A DNA stretch of 64,000 nucleotides. Origin: Sedimentisphaerales bacterium. Lineage in GTDB: Bacteria > Planctomycetota > Phycisphaerae > Sedimentisphaerales > Anaerobacaceae. Position numbers and translations under genes: made by a program. The stretch spans positions 864,001 through 928,000 of the forward strand of contig OY970194.1 of assembly GCA_963708075.1 (NCBI GenBank), read 5' to 3'. Below the pieces are notes generated by a model, which ran no database searches, was not told where the DNA came from, and saw only the letters and a program-made list of their open reading frames with translations. Below are positions 32,501 to 41,614 of this stretch, piece by piece; position 1 is the stretch's first letter; the number at the start of each line of letters is the position of its first letter.

Positions 32501-33040
32501 ATAAGTCGGAAAGTACAGGGCCTGCACCTCGGGCGGGGCCCCGATGCTCGCCTTCACCAGGTTGAACATGTCGCGAATCTGCTCGCGCTCATAGGGGTCC
32601 TGCCGCACGAACTGGATGCCGTACTCGTTGAACTGCGCCTGCGGCGGTGTCCCGCTCGTCGGCGGAAAGATGACGGTACCCAGGACCGCTTTCTGATTAT
32701 CCCGGAACAGGGTGACCGCATTGAACTGCTGCACGCTCATTCCGATGAACGGCTCCAGGTACTTGACCGCGAATGCATAATGGAACATGAACTTCTTGCT
32801 GTCCTGGAAGCAGAGCTTTGGACTGTTGGGATCGAGCAGGATGGTGAACTTGACCCACCTGGCGCTGCCTTCCTGGCCATAAGCGAGGAATGCATCATCA
32901 GGGAAGGTGATCTTGTCCTTGGAGACCGAATTGGTCGTCTGGCTGTATGCGGATGAAGAACACACGATGGCTATCAGACATGTCAAGCGCATCCACAATG
33001 CCAGGTTATTCCCTCTGGTTCCGCGGTTCATGGTCTTCAC
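29501..33040 (-). CDS. Exported PEP/pyruvate-binding (dikinase-type) protein with His-swivel motif and inserted lamin-tail domain
   Basis: Signal peptide; NSHVAILAK; FGGKAAN; RFRSSTNVED...GAGMYDS; DLEYK...KQVR; LTD motifs VINELMAAN, DWIELYN and SYGR..DG...W...PTPG..N. Confidence 0.8.
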   Translation of the reverse strand: MKTMNRGTRGNNLALWMRLTCLIAIVCSSSAYSQTTNSVSKDKITFPDDAFLAYGQEGSARWVKFTILLDPNSPKLCFQDSKKFMFHYAFAVKYLEPFIGMSVQQFNAVTLFRDNQKAVLGTVIFPPTSGTPPQAQFNEYGIQFVRQDPYEREQIRDMFNLVKASIGAPPEVQALYFPTYEQQSAAEKDRDWFESQGISLGSTARWAKGNTCYSQGWALGLLKFVPAGEIDTAYHSGQLAPNDILLTDGIPAEVPFLAGIVSLAPSTPNSHVAILAKSYAVPFVHLAVPDDAERAQQLVGNRIIYSAYDDQYGAVDIKLIDTNGLLDDATVAQILDLKRPAALNISPMVPYGAMGTSTDGLIPVDGKYFGGKAANSGLLRRAIPDNSPKAIALSFDLWNAFLDQPLLPAPEMILGPGQHMLFWVDDDEEQGPTHTSFALSKGGESVALYARDGATRIDVINFGRQNNDVSYGRSVDGGDTWESFTKPTPGRPNSGEPGRTGPGLVINELMAANTQTIQDPCEPGEYPDWIELYNASDRAIVLNGLYLTDDVNEPTKWQIPPATTGATLRQEIRQRLSKYDSYPPDDLQMLAADLASIRTFFTSGSLTPLDPALRDAVANVLTDPQYGFDPSAKLRFRSSTNVEDSDDFVGAGMYDSYSGCLADDLDDDTAGPCACDPNDETEDGAFEAIRQAFASFYNDNAFLERLRRDVNEAQVGMALLVHHSFPDEIELANGVATVERKGAGQNTIVTLVTQQGSVSVTNPEGAAIPEEVVVEVLSTGFVKLTPASQKRQSSLVPVGRTVMDWPNDYRNLVGLLMDVSDQFRTVTGKTTYILDLEYKKVGPGGQAMPTGGLIVKQVRQVPSPDRRQTPFLVNSPAEFEVYTGEFDLFDPTDVFADHRLKSRWTLETLSMTLDSNNLSRGLYTKVNIEYLDDDQVRTISGEMPLLPFAEHAYDGNDVVDNWRLPDLGNPRTYHLRTAKIPTSVLQTQSPVFTLSDLGPRAFNVPFRCLTLDAEYEHPVMSWYQQIGNGGPSSGLRSTTANRVRLWLHTEPSDDDIFQERIFSSNGVSIQTTFYYPVPPPGQTDWVADAGSTAPLKRWGRTTIQGLAAEPIILEGYYSQTYRPEHHNFIENFLFEPRLEPGVSQSILDQLKTRNIRFIHMVLDHRPDGNESKISTYGFE

Positions 33041-34953
33041 TCGGAATCAAGCCCCTGCAGATTGGATTGGGAGGCTTCTATGGTGCCGCCGTAGGCCCCC
33101 ATATTGATGATATAGCCGTTGGGAAACATCTCACGGCCCACAAAGCCGCTCGGATCACCCGCATCGATACAGGGACTGAAAACGGCATCCTTCATCCATC
33201 GACCTATCCTAGCGTCCCACCGACCGGTTTTAGATCGCAAATGGTAATCGCCCATGACCCAGGCGGCGCCTGGGGCATCTGGTTCGACTTCTACGTCCGG
33301 GTGCTCGTCATCCACCCAGTACCCCTGGCCGGCAAACAGTGGATCGGCCATGAGATTGCCCGAGCCCGGTGAGCCGCCCGTGATGTCGCTGTAGCTTATG
33401 TCGATCGCCCCGGTCCCGAGATGGAGCACTTCACTCGGCGAATTGCCCCAGAGAATCGAGTTGGTCACGACCACGTGACTATTCGATGAGTACAAACCTG
33501 CGCTCGATTCGCCGGCATGGTTATCCGCGATCGTGCAGTTGATGAACAATGCGTTGCTGTCGGCGCAGGACACGATCGCGCCATTCGAATCGCTCGCACG
33601 GTTGCCCGCAATCAGGCAGTTGGAGACGATGGGGCTGCTGGCCGTGCATCGGATGGCCGCTGCGCGATCGTCCTTGCCGCCCGTGATCACAAAGCCCTCC
33701 AACTTGCAGTCCGGGCCCTCGCCGCGAGTGAAATTCACGACCGGACCTGTCCCGCCACCTTCGATCGTCGGCCACCGAGGGTTGTTGGCTTCGGCCGGAT
33801 CAAATCCGGTTAACCAAATTCCTTTGCCGAGCAGGTCAATGTTCTCGCGGTACCTCCCCGCATGGACAAAGACAGTCGCTCCGTCGGCCGCAGCATCGAT
33901 CGCCTCTTGAATCCGGTCAAAAGGATGTCCCCGCATCCCGTTCTCCTTTGGATCGCTCACGCTCGCGTCGCCCGGGCGGGGATCGCTGGAGGCGTCGTCA
34001 TCCACATGGAGCACACGCGCGTCCATCAGGGAATCATCGGGAAGGTCGTGGTCGCCACTGGGGTCGTTCACACTCCTGAAGTTCGCCCGGATTTGATGGT
34101 CCTGCTCAACCGTTACGGAGACGGGATTGTCCGACGTGATGTACGTGCCGGAAAAGCCGGCGAACACGAAGCCCGGTTCGGCTTCCGCCTGCACGAAGAC
34201 GATCTCGCCGTTGTCGTACAGGAACTCACCCTCTCCGGGATCGCTGATGTGCCCTCCCGCCGTGGAGGAGAATACCACTCGGTGCCGGGCACAGGCGTTA
34301 TGCCGGATATCCAGGCCGGGATTGTTGGCGATGATCTGTGGGATGTGAACGGTGCACGCATTCGTGTTCAGCGGATTGCCGCGGATGTCGAGAAACGCAA
34401 GTTCCGTCAGTCCCGCAAGGGCCGAGATATCGCTGAACTGATTGTACTGGAGGTTGGCCTCCCGCAGATTCGTCAGACCGGACAAGCCGGAGATATCGGT
34501 GATTCTATTCCATTCAAGGTGGAGATGGCCCAGGTTGGTCATACCCGACAGCGCAGAGACATCGGTAATGGAGTTGTACCGAATGATCAGCGTCTCCAGG
34601 TTGGTGAGCCCGGCCAGAGGCGATATGTCACTGATGACGTCATTGCCATGACCGTCCAGAAAGCGGAGATTCGTCAGGCCGGCCAGGGGCGAAAGGTCAC
34701 TGATCCGGTTCCACCGGATCCACAGCCTCTCCAGGTTCAAGGCATGCTCGATGCCCGTCAGGTTGGTGATCCCCCTGTCCTCTGCGGCCAGGGAGGTCAG
34801 GCCCAGCATGTCCTCCGGCGTCGGGTCCGATATCCACAGCGTCTCCTCGACGACGGCTTTCAGGTGAGGATCGGCAAAGTAGACCGGGTCCGACGCCCAG
34901 ACAGGGACCCATAGCCACAATAACAGCGCCGACGCAAGTACTACCCTACCCAT
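33037..34953 (-). CDS. Exported LRR + InlB-B-like repeat + beta-helix protein, paralog A (~7 LRRs)
   Basis: Signal peptide; 22-aa internalin-type LRRs; ST.GG...PGEG..F..FSG...ANF; PFD.IQEAID beta-helix; C-terminal GDYHL.S..GRWD...SPCIDAGDP...NMGAYGGT. Confidence 0.85.
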   Translation of the reverse strand: MGRVVLASALLLWLWVPVWASDPVYFADPHLKAVVEETLWISDPTPEDMLGLTSLAAEDRGITNLTGIEHALNLERLWIRWNRISDLSPLAGLTNLRFLDGHGNDVISDISPLAGLTNLETLIIRYNSITDVSALSGMTNLGHLHLEWNRITDISGLSGLTNLREANLQYNQFSDISALAGLTELAFLDIRGNPLNTNACTVHIPQIIANNPGLDIRHNACARHRVVFSSTAGGHISDPGEGEFLYDNGEIVFVQAEAEPGFVFAGFSGTYITSDNPVSVTVEQDHQIRANFRSVNDPSGDHDLPDDSLMDARVLHVDDDASSDPRPGDASVSDPKENGMRGHPFDRIQEAIDAAADGATVFVHAGRYRENIDLLGKGIWLTGFDPAEANNPRWPTIEGGGTGPVVNFTRGEGPDCKLEGFVITGGKDDRAAAIRCTASSPIVSNCLIAGNRASDSNGAIVSCADSNALFINCTIADNHAGESSAGLYSSNSHVVVTNSILWGNSPSEVLHLGTGAIDISYSDITGGSPGSGNLMADPLFAGQGYWVDDEHPDVEVEPDAPGAAWVMGDYHLRSKTGRWDARIGRWMKDAVFSPCIDAGDPSGFVGREMFPNGYIINMGAYGGTIEASQSNLQGLDSE

Positions 34954-35024
34954 GTCCTCCTCGGATGCGAAGTTGCCTGGAGCGTCAGGAAGATCCCTCT
35001 GTGCGACACCCATTTGAAGCGCTT

Positions 35025-35053
35025 ATCATAGCAAAAAAATCCGGGATTTTCAA
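35025..35053 (-). promoter_or_regulatory. sigma70-type promoter (extended -10) of paralog A
   Basis: TTGAAA-N17-TATGAT with TG-n before the -10. Confidence 0.55.
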
Positions 35054-35240
35054 GAGAAAAGTGGGATTCATCTATCTGGGGTGTGGCTACATTTCGTGGC
35101 ATGGCTCTGGCTTCGGGCCAGAAGGTCGTGCGAGGCCCCATGGCCTTTGAGATATCGGCGGTCCCGCGTGCACGGCGAGCGTCCTCGGTCGCCTCGTGAA
35201 GCTATTGAGACCCGTGAGAATCAGTCACTCGCATCGGCCT

Positions 35241-37118
35241 TTAGCGCCCGCCTCTCCATCCGGGGACTATGGATGGCATGTAGGACTTGCATGCCTGGGC
35301 TGTGCCGCCGTAGACGCCCATATTGATGATACCGCCATTCGGGAACGGCTCGTCGCCCACCCAACTGCGCGGATCGCCGGCATCGATGCAGGGGCTGCTC
35401 GCCCTGTCCCGCACCCACAGGCCCGAGGCGGGGTCCCAGCGGCCGGCCCTGGACTTGAGGTGATAGTCGCCCATGATCCAGACCGCATCGGGGTTGGTCG
35501 GGCTGACAACAACCTCCGATCGATTGGGATCTACCCAGGAGCCGGTCCGTACAAACAACGGGTCAGTATCCACGTTCCCCCGGCCCGGCCAGCCGCCGGC
35601 TATGTCACTGAAGCGAACATAGGGGGCGACACCTTCCGCGCTGATTCCTGTGGGGGCGTTCGCCCAAATGACGGAATTGACCACCACCACACGGCTTTCG
35701 CGCAGACACAAGCCCGCGCCATTGTCGCCGGCATGGTTGTCGGCAATCACGCAGTTGATGAATGCCGCCTGGCTGTCTTTGCAGAATACCGCGACGCCAT
35801 TCGGATCCGTCGCACGGTTTCCCACGATCAGGCAGTTGGCAATCGTCGGACTGCCGGCGACGCATTGGATTGCCCCGGTGGACCGGGCTCTGCCACCCGT
35901 GATCGTGAAACCGATCAGCATGCTGTTGGGGTCTTCTCCGCTGGCAAACCTCACGACCGTATCGGCCCCATCCCCGTCGATGACCGGCCATGTCGCTCCA
36001 TTGGGTTCGTTGACCTCCATTCCGATCAGCCGAATGCCTTTTCCGAGGAAATCGATGCTCTCGCGATAGACTCCCGGGGCGACGATGATGAAGGCGCCTT
36101 CGGCAGCGACTTCTATCGCCTCCTGGATCCGGTCGAACGGACACTCGGGTGTCCCGTTCTGCAGGGAACGGCTCTCCGCGGGCACGGGGGCATCCCCGTT
36201 CTGAAGGGCGAGGTTGCTGACGTAGATGACGTCCCTTGTACACAGGAAATTGGCTCGCATCACGAAGTTGTCGTCCATCGTGAGGTACAGGGAACTGCGC
36301 GGCTCGGAATAGCTGCCCGACCAGTTGAGGAAGACGAAACCAGGTTCCGCCTCCGCCTGCAACCAGACGACCTCACCGTGCTCCCAGGTGAACTCTCCTT
36401 CACCCGGATGTATGACCGAGCCGCCTGCAGTTGATGAGAGCACCAGGTGTCGGCGCGTCGATGGGTAATATGCCAACCACATTCCCGGATGGTTCTGAAG
36501 CATCTGCGGGATGTGACTGCCATAGGTTTCTTCGCTCAAGGGATTGATCCGCAGGTCCAGCCATTCGAGTGACGGCAATTCGACCAGGCCGAAGATGTCG
36601 CTGACCTGGTTCCTGTGCAAGTCGAGCGAGCGCAGCCGGGACAGGCCGGACAGGGGGGAAACGTCCCTGACCTCATTGCGCTGAAGGTTCAGGATCTCGA
36701 GATTGCCCGCTGACGAGAGGGCCGAAATATCGCTGACTTCGTTGCTGAAGAGATCCAGTTCTTCCAGATTACTCAATCCGGCGAGCGCCGAGATGTCGCT
36801 GACCCGGTTGCTCCTGAGCGACAGCACCCGCAGATTGGCCAGGCCGGACAGAACTGCAATATCGCAGATGTCGTTGTTGGGAAGTTCCAGGGTCTGCAAG
36901 TTCGTGGCAGACTCCAAGCCCGTCAGGTCGATGATGCCATCGTCGCCTGCATAAAGACAGGTCAGCCCCAGCATGTCCTCCGGCGTCGGATCCGGGATCC
37001 ACAATTCCGCCTCTACCGCCTCCTTGAGGTTGTCGTCGGCAAAATAAACCTGCGCCTCCGCGCACACCAAACCCGACCAAGACAATGCCAGGAATAGCAC
37101 AAGTAGTCGCTTTTCCAT
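35241..37118 (-). CDS. Exported LRR + InlB-B-like repeat + beta-helix protein, paralog B (~7 LRRs)
   Basis: Same architecture and motifs as paralog A. Confidence 0.85.
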   Translation of the reverse strand: MEKRLLVLFLALSWSGLVCAEAQVYFADDNLKEAVEAELWIPDPTPEDMLGLTCLYAGDDGIIDLTGLESATNLQTLELPNNDICDIAVLSGLANLRVLSLRSNRVSDISALAGLSNLEELDLFSNEVSDISALSSAGNLEILNLQRNEVRDVSPLSGLSRLRSLDLHRNQVSDIFGLVELPSLEWLDLRINPLSEETYGSHIPQMLQNHPGMWLAYYPSTRRHLVLSSTAGGSVIHPGEGEFTWEHGEVVWLQAEAEPGFVFLNWSGSYSEPRSSLYLTMDDNFVMRANFLCTRDVIYVSNLALQNGDAPVPAESRSLQNGTPECPFDRIQEAIEVAAEGAFIIVAPGVYRESIDFLGKGIRLIGMEVNEPNGATWPVIDGDGADTVVRFASGEDPNSMLIGFTITGGRARSTGAIQCVAGSPTIANCLIVGNRATDPNGVAVFCKDSQAAFINCVIADNHAGDNGAGLCLRESRVVVVNSVIWANAPTGISAEGVAPYVRFSDIAGGWPGRGNVDTDPLFVRTGSWVDPNRSEVVVSPTNPDAVWIMGDYHLKSRAGRWDPASGLWVRDRASSPCIDAGDPRSWVGDEPFPNGGIINMGVYGGTAQACKSYMPSIVPGWRGGR

Positions 37119-37344
37119 AGCCTTTCCTCCGCCATGCGGCCCCTCGCAGGCGTTGTCCTGGATACAGGACGTATTTCGCCCGGGAAAATTTCACTCGTTG
37201 TGAAAAAAAGTGCATTTGGAGGCGGAGATCGACGTGCGCGGATTGGGCAGCCAGGCGGATGCGAATGACGGACAGCAGTGGATGTCATCCGAACGAGTCC
37301 CTGCTCGGCGGGGGGTATATATGTGGTAGCCTTGGCGAGAATCC

Positions 37345-39147
37345 CTATGGGAAGAGGGGGGATTTGCTGGCTTCTGCTGTACCGCCGTAGACGCCCATGT
37401 TGATGATTGCGCCGTTGGGCGACGGCTCTTGACCGATGGGAGCAGCGGGATCGCCGCCATCGATGCACGGGCTGGTGACTTCGTCCGGCAGCCACGTGCC
37501 TGTCTTCGGGTCCCAGCGGCCGGCTCGTGATTGCAGGTGGTAGTCGCCCATGACCCAGATTGCATTGGGATCGTTCGGCGTGACCGTCACGCCGGGATTG
37601 CCCCGATCTGTCCAGCGGCCGAGGCCGACGAATAAAGGATCGACCGTGAGATTGCCCAAACCCGCCCAGCCGTCCGCCACCACGCTGTAACGAATGGAAG
37701 GCAAATCATCCCCTTCCGTCAGGATCGCCTTGGGCCAGTTGCCCCAGAGAATGGAGTTGACCACAGCCACCTTGGCGTTCACAAGGGACATACCGGCGCC
37801 GAATTGTCCTACGTGATTGTCAGCGATCGTGCAGTTGATGAAGGCAGCGTTGCTGTCCGTGCAAAGGACCGCGGCGCCATTCCAATCAGTCGCACGGTTG
37901 CCTGCGATCAGACAGTTGGAAATGGTCGGGCTGCTTTCCGTGCAACGGATGGCCGCGGCAGTTCGGCTCGTGCCTCCGGTGATCACCAGGCTGGCCAGCA
38001 GGCAGTTCTGATCCTCCTTGTGAGTGAAACTTACCACCGGACCGTTGCCGCCTCCGTCGATCACAGGCCATGCGGCTCCGTTAGGATCGTTCGGATCAAA
38101 CCCCGTCAGTGCGATGTGCTTGCCCAGGAAATCGATGGTTTCCCGGTATGTCCCCGCATGCACGAAGATGGTTGCACCTTCGGCGGCGATGTCAGTCGCC
38201 TCGCGAACGCTGTCGAATGGATGCTCACGGGTCCCGTTCTCCTGCGGGTCGCTGATCGCCCCGTTGCCCGGGCCCGGGTCGGCCGGAGCATCATCATCCA
38301 CGTGGATCACACTGAGGATGCTGACGAAATTGGCCCGCATCGTGTAATCCTGATCCACCTTCAAGGGCAGCGGATTCTGGGTCGTGACCCACGAGCCGGA
38401 CCACCCCGCGAAGGCGAAGCCGGGATCGGCCTGGGCCTCCAGCGACAAGGTCTCGCCAAAGGCAACGGTGAACGTTCCTTCGCCCGGGGTGACCACCGAT
38501 CCGCCGGCCGACGCGGAAAGCACCAGTTGACCGGCAAAGAACCCGTCGTACAACACGGTGATGCCAGGATTGTTTGCCTTGATCTGCGGGATGTAGGTAT
38601 GGTATGCATCCTGGTTTAGCGGAAGAGCACGCAGGTCAAGCCACGTGAGAGACGTCAGGCCCGCCAGAGGCGAGATGTCGCTGATGAGGTTCCTGTGAAG
38701 GCACACGGACGCCAGATTGGGCAGTCCGGAGAGAGCCGAGATGTCAGTGACCTCGTTCGATTCAATGTCGAGGGACTCCAGCTCCATCAAGCCGGACAAC
38801 GGGCCAATACTGCTGAATCCGTTGCCGAGAAGGGCCACCGACCTCAGATGGATCAACCCGGAGAGGGGGGACAGGTCATAGACCGTGTGGTACTTGAGGT
38901 TCAGGGTAGTCAGATTCATCGCGTATTCCAGGCCTGAGAGGTTCGAGATGGCATTGATTCGCTGCCATGTGAGGGGAATCACCAGTTCTGTCAGGCCGAG
39001 CATATCGGTCGGCGTCGGGTCCGAAATGAACAGCTTATCCTCTACGGCGGCCTTCAACTTCGGATCGGGGAAATGGACGGGCTCTTCGGCCCACGCCGTA
39101 CCGAGGAGAAGGCTGGACAACACTAGGGCAAGAGGTATTCTCCTCAT
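37345..39147 (-). CDS. Exported LRR + InlB-B-like repeat + beta-helix protein, paralog C (~6 LRRs)
   Basis: Same architecture; GGAG RBS before ATG 39147. Confidence 0.85.
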   Translation of the reverse strand: MRRIPLALVLSSLLLGTAWAEEPVHFPDPKLKAAVEDKLFISDPTPTDMLGLTELVIPLTWQRINAISNLSGLEYAMNLTTLNLKYHTVYDLSPLSGLIHLRSVALLGNGFSSIGPLSGLMELESLDIESNEVTDISALSGLPNLASVCLHRNLISDISPLAGLTSLTWLDLRALPLNQDAYHTYIPQIKANNPGITVLYDGFFAGQLVLSASAGGSVVTPGEGTFTVAFGETLSLEAQADPGFAFAGWSGSWVTTQNPLPLKVDQDYTMRANFVSILSVIHVDDDAPADPGPGNGAISDPQENGTREHPFDSVREATDIAAEGATIFVHAGTYRETIDFLGKHIALTGFDPNDPNGAAWPVIDGGGNGPVVSFTHKEDQNCLLASLVITGGTSRTAAAIRCTESSPTISNCLIAGNRATDWNGAAVLCTDSNAAFINCTIADNHVGQFGAGMSLVNAKVAVVNSILWGNWPKAILTEGDDLPSIRYSVVADGWAGLGNLTVDPLFVGLGRWTDRGNPGVTVTPNDPNAIWVMGDYHLQSRAGRWDPKTGTWLPDEVTSPCIDGGDPAAPIGQEPSPNGAIINMGVYGGTAEASKSPLFP

Positions 39148-39230
39148 TGTTTTCTCCACGAAGTGACTTCGCGTATCCGATAGCAGGCAGATCCCTCCGC
39201 GTCATGGATGCCCCCATGCAACCAGGTTCG

Positions 39231-39259
39231 AGTATAGCAGTTCAGATGCGAGATTTCAA
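39231..39259 (-). promoter_or_regulatory. sigma70-type promoter (extended -10) of paralog C
   Basis: TTGAAA-N17-TATACT with TG-n. Confidence 0.55.
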
Positions 39260-39284
39260 GGAAAACCTGTACGGTGTCGCCTCC

Positions 39285-41344
39285 TCACGGCGAATGAAGT
39301 TGAGGACCCGATTTGGCGGCTTCGGCGGTGCCGCCGTAAGCGCCCAGGTTGATAATTCCACCGTTGGGCAGCGGCTCACGGCCAACCGGGATGGCCGGGT
39401 CGCCGGCATCTATGCACGGGCTGGTTGCTTTATCCTGTAGCCATTTGCCGGTTCTCGGGGTTCCAGCGACCTGTCTGTGACTGCAGATGGTAGTCTCCCA
39501 TGACCCAGAGTGCGCTGCGATAGTCCGGCTTGACGGTCTCCCGCAGGATTGTCTTTATCCACCCAGTGGCCGGCTACTGCGAACCGCGGATTGGCAGAAG
39601 AATTCCCCACGCCGGGCCAGCCGCCTGCGACATCGCTGTAGCGGACAGTGGGCTTGCTCGTGTCGCTGGAGAGGATTTGCGCCGGCGCGTTGCTCCAGAG
39701 GATCGAGTTGGCTACGATCACGGGACTGTTGCGCAAGTACAGAGCGGCACCGGTCGCGCCCGCATAGTTGTCGGCAATCGTGCAGTTGATGAATGCGGCA
39801 TGGCTGTCCGTGCAGTAGATCGCTGCACCATCGGAATCGCTCGCACAGTTGCCCACAATCAGGCAGTTGGAAACTGTCGGGCTGGCGGCGGTGCATAGGA
39901 TCGCTCCCGCCTGCCGGCCTTTGCCTCCCGCGATCACAAGACCCGTCAGCAGACAGTCTGTGCCCTCGTTGTGCGTGAAACTGACGATCGGACCGATGCC
40001 GCCGCCATCGATCACCGGCCATGCCGCTCCGTCGGGATCATCCGGATCAAACCCTGTCAGCTCGATGCGCTTTCCGAGCAGGTCGATGTTCTCGCGATAC
40101 GTCCCCGCATGGAGGAAGATCGTTGCGCCACTGACAGCCGCATCGATCGCCTCCTGGATTCGGTCGAACGGATGCTGGCGGGTCCCATCCTCCCGGGGAT
40201 CGCTGATTCCTGGATTTCGGGGGCCAAGGTCGCCCGGAGCATCGTCATCCACGTGGATCGCAGTCCGCTCGCTGACGAAATTCGCCTGGATGTCATGATC
40301 CCGATCCATGGTTATGAATGCGGGATTCTCCGCAGAACTGTATGTGCCTGAGAAGCCGGTGAACTTGAAGCCGGGATCGGCTACTGCTTCCAGGCGGACT
40401 GTTGCGCCTTCCTCGAACCCAAACTGACCTTCGCCGGGAGAGACCACGGATCCGCCGGCCGTCGTGGAAATGGATAGCCGCCGAGAGGTGCACGGATCGT
40501 ACTGCAGGTGGATGCCCGGATTGTTTGCGAGGATCTGGGGGACGTAAACGGCACACGCGTCGCTGGACAAGGGATTGTTGGCAAGATCCAGATAGCCCAG
40601 GGACGTGAGACTCGCCAGGGCCGCGATGTCACTGATCAGGTTGCCCGAGAGTTGCAGCGATGTCAGGCCGCTCAGGCTGGACAGCGGCGAAAGGTCGCTG
40701 ATCTGGTTGGCGTAGACACTCAGGGTTTCCAGATTGCTCAGCCCGGAGAGAGGCGACAGATCACTGATCTCATTGATGCCCAGCCGCAGGGCTCGAAGGC
40801 CGTTGAGCCCGGAAAGAGGCGAGATGTCGCTGATCTGGTTGCCTTCCAGGATGAGAGTCTCCAGACTGGTCAAGCCTGATACTGCCGAGGCGCTGCTGAT
40901 CTGGTTGGCGTGGAGGTCCAGCATCTCCAGCTTGCTCAGGCCCGCCAGCGGGGATATGTCGCTGATCTCATTGTCATGGAGGATCAGGCTGCGCAGATCG
41001 GTCAGGCCCGCCAGGGGCGACAGATCGCTGATGTTGTTCTCGTTGAAAGCCAGGCTCTCCAGATTTACCATGCCGGCCAGGGGCGCCAAGCTGGTGAGCT
41101 GGCTGTGAATGCATTCAAAGGTGCGCAGGTTCATCGCGTATTCCAGGCCCGTCAAATCCGCAATGCCCACTCCGCTCGCGTCGAGAAAGGTCAGACCCAG
41201 CATGTCCGCGGGAGTCGGGTCCGTGACCCACAGTTCCATCTCGACGAGTTCCTTCAGCTTCGGATCAGCAAAATAGACCGGTGACTGGGCCGATAGGGAA
41301 CCAGCCGGCGCCAATAGCAGCAACACGACGAGGACCTGTCGCAC
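39285..41344 (-). CDS. Exported LRR + InlB-B-like repeat + beta-helix protein, paralog D (~10 LRRs; two apparent +1 insertions near the 3' end)
   Basis: GAGGAGG RBS and GTG start. Removing one base at ~39541 and one at ~39452 restores WVMGDYHLQSQTGRW...SPCIDAGDP...NLGAYGGTAEAAKS...*. Confidence 0.8.
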
Positions 41345-41420
41345 GCGTTAACCCTCCTCAAACACTGTGATTGTGACACACCCTCAAAAAATGCATCCCG
41401 GCAGGCGACTCCATCAGACT

Positions 41421-41515
41421 ATTATAGCAGGAATCCCCCGGCCTGCAAGTGAAACCGTGTGTGTGTCCGGCCGGGGGGAGAAATTGCTTGTCGGGGGTCC
41501 AGCCGTGCGGATAAT
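41421..41515. promoter_or_regulatory. Divergent sigma70-type promoters (paralog D and Gfo/Idh/MocA)
   Basis: Minus strand TTGCAG-N16-TATAAT (41448-41421) with TG-n; plus strand TTGTCG-N16-GATAAT (41488-41515). Confidence 0.5.
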
Positions 41516-41614
41516 AGAGGACGTTGGGCCGTAGGGCGGCCCGGGTCGCATGCGCGACCACTGGAATGCAGAGTACGTCTGGCTCGAGCAGCAGCCAGCA
41601 GGAGGCAAGTCACT

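Noticed and set aside
33037..41344. LRR paralogs as a shufflon or DGR-diversified locus
   Set aside because: No recombinase or RT, no inverted recombination sites; all four are full-length, co-oriented genes.
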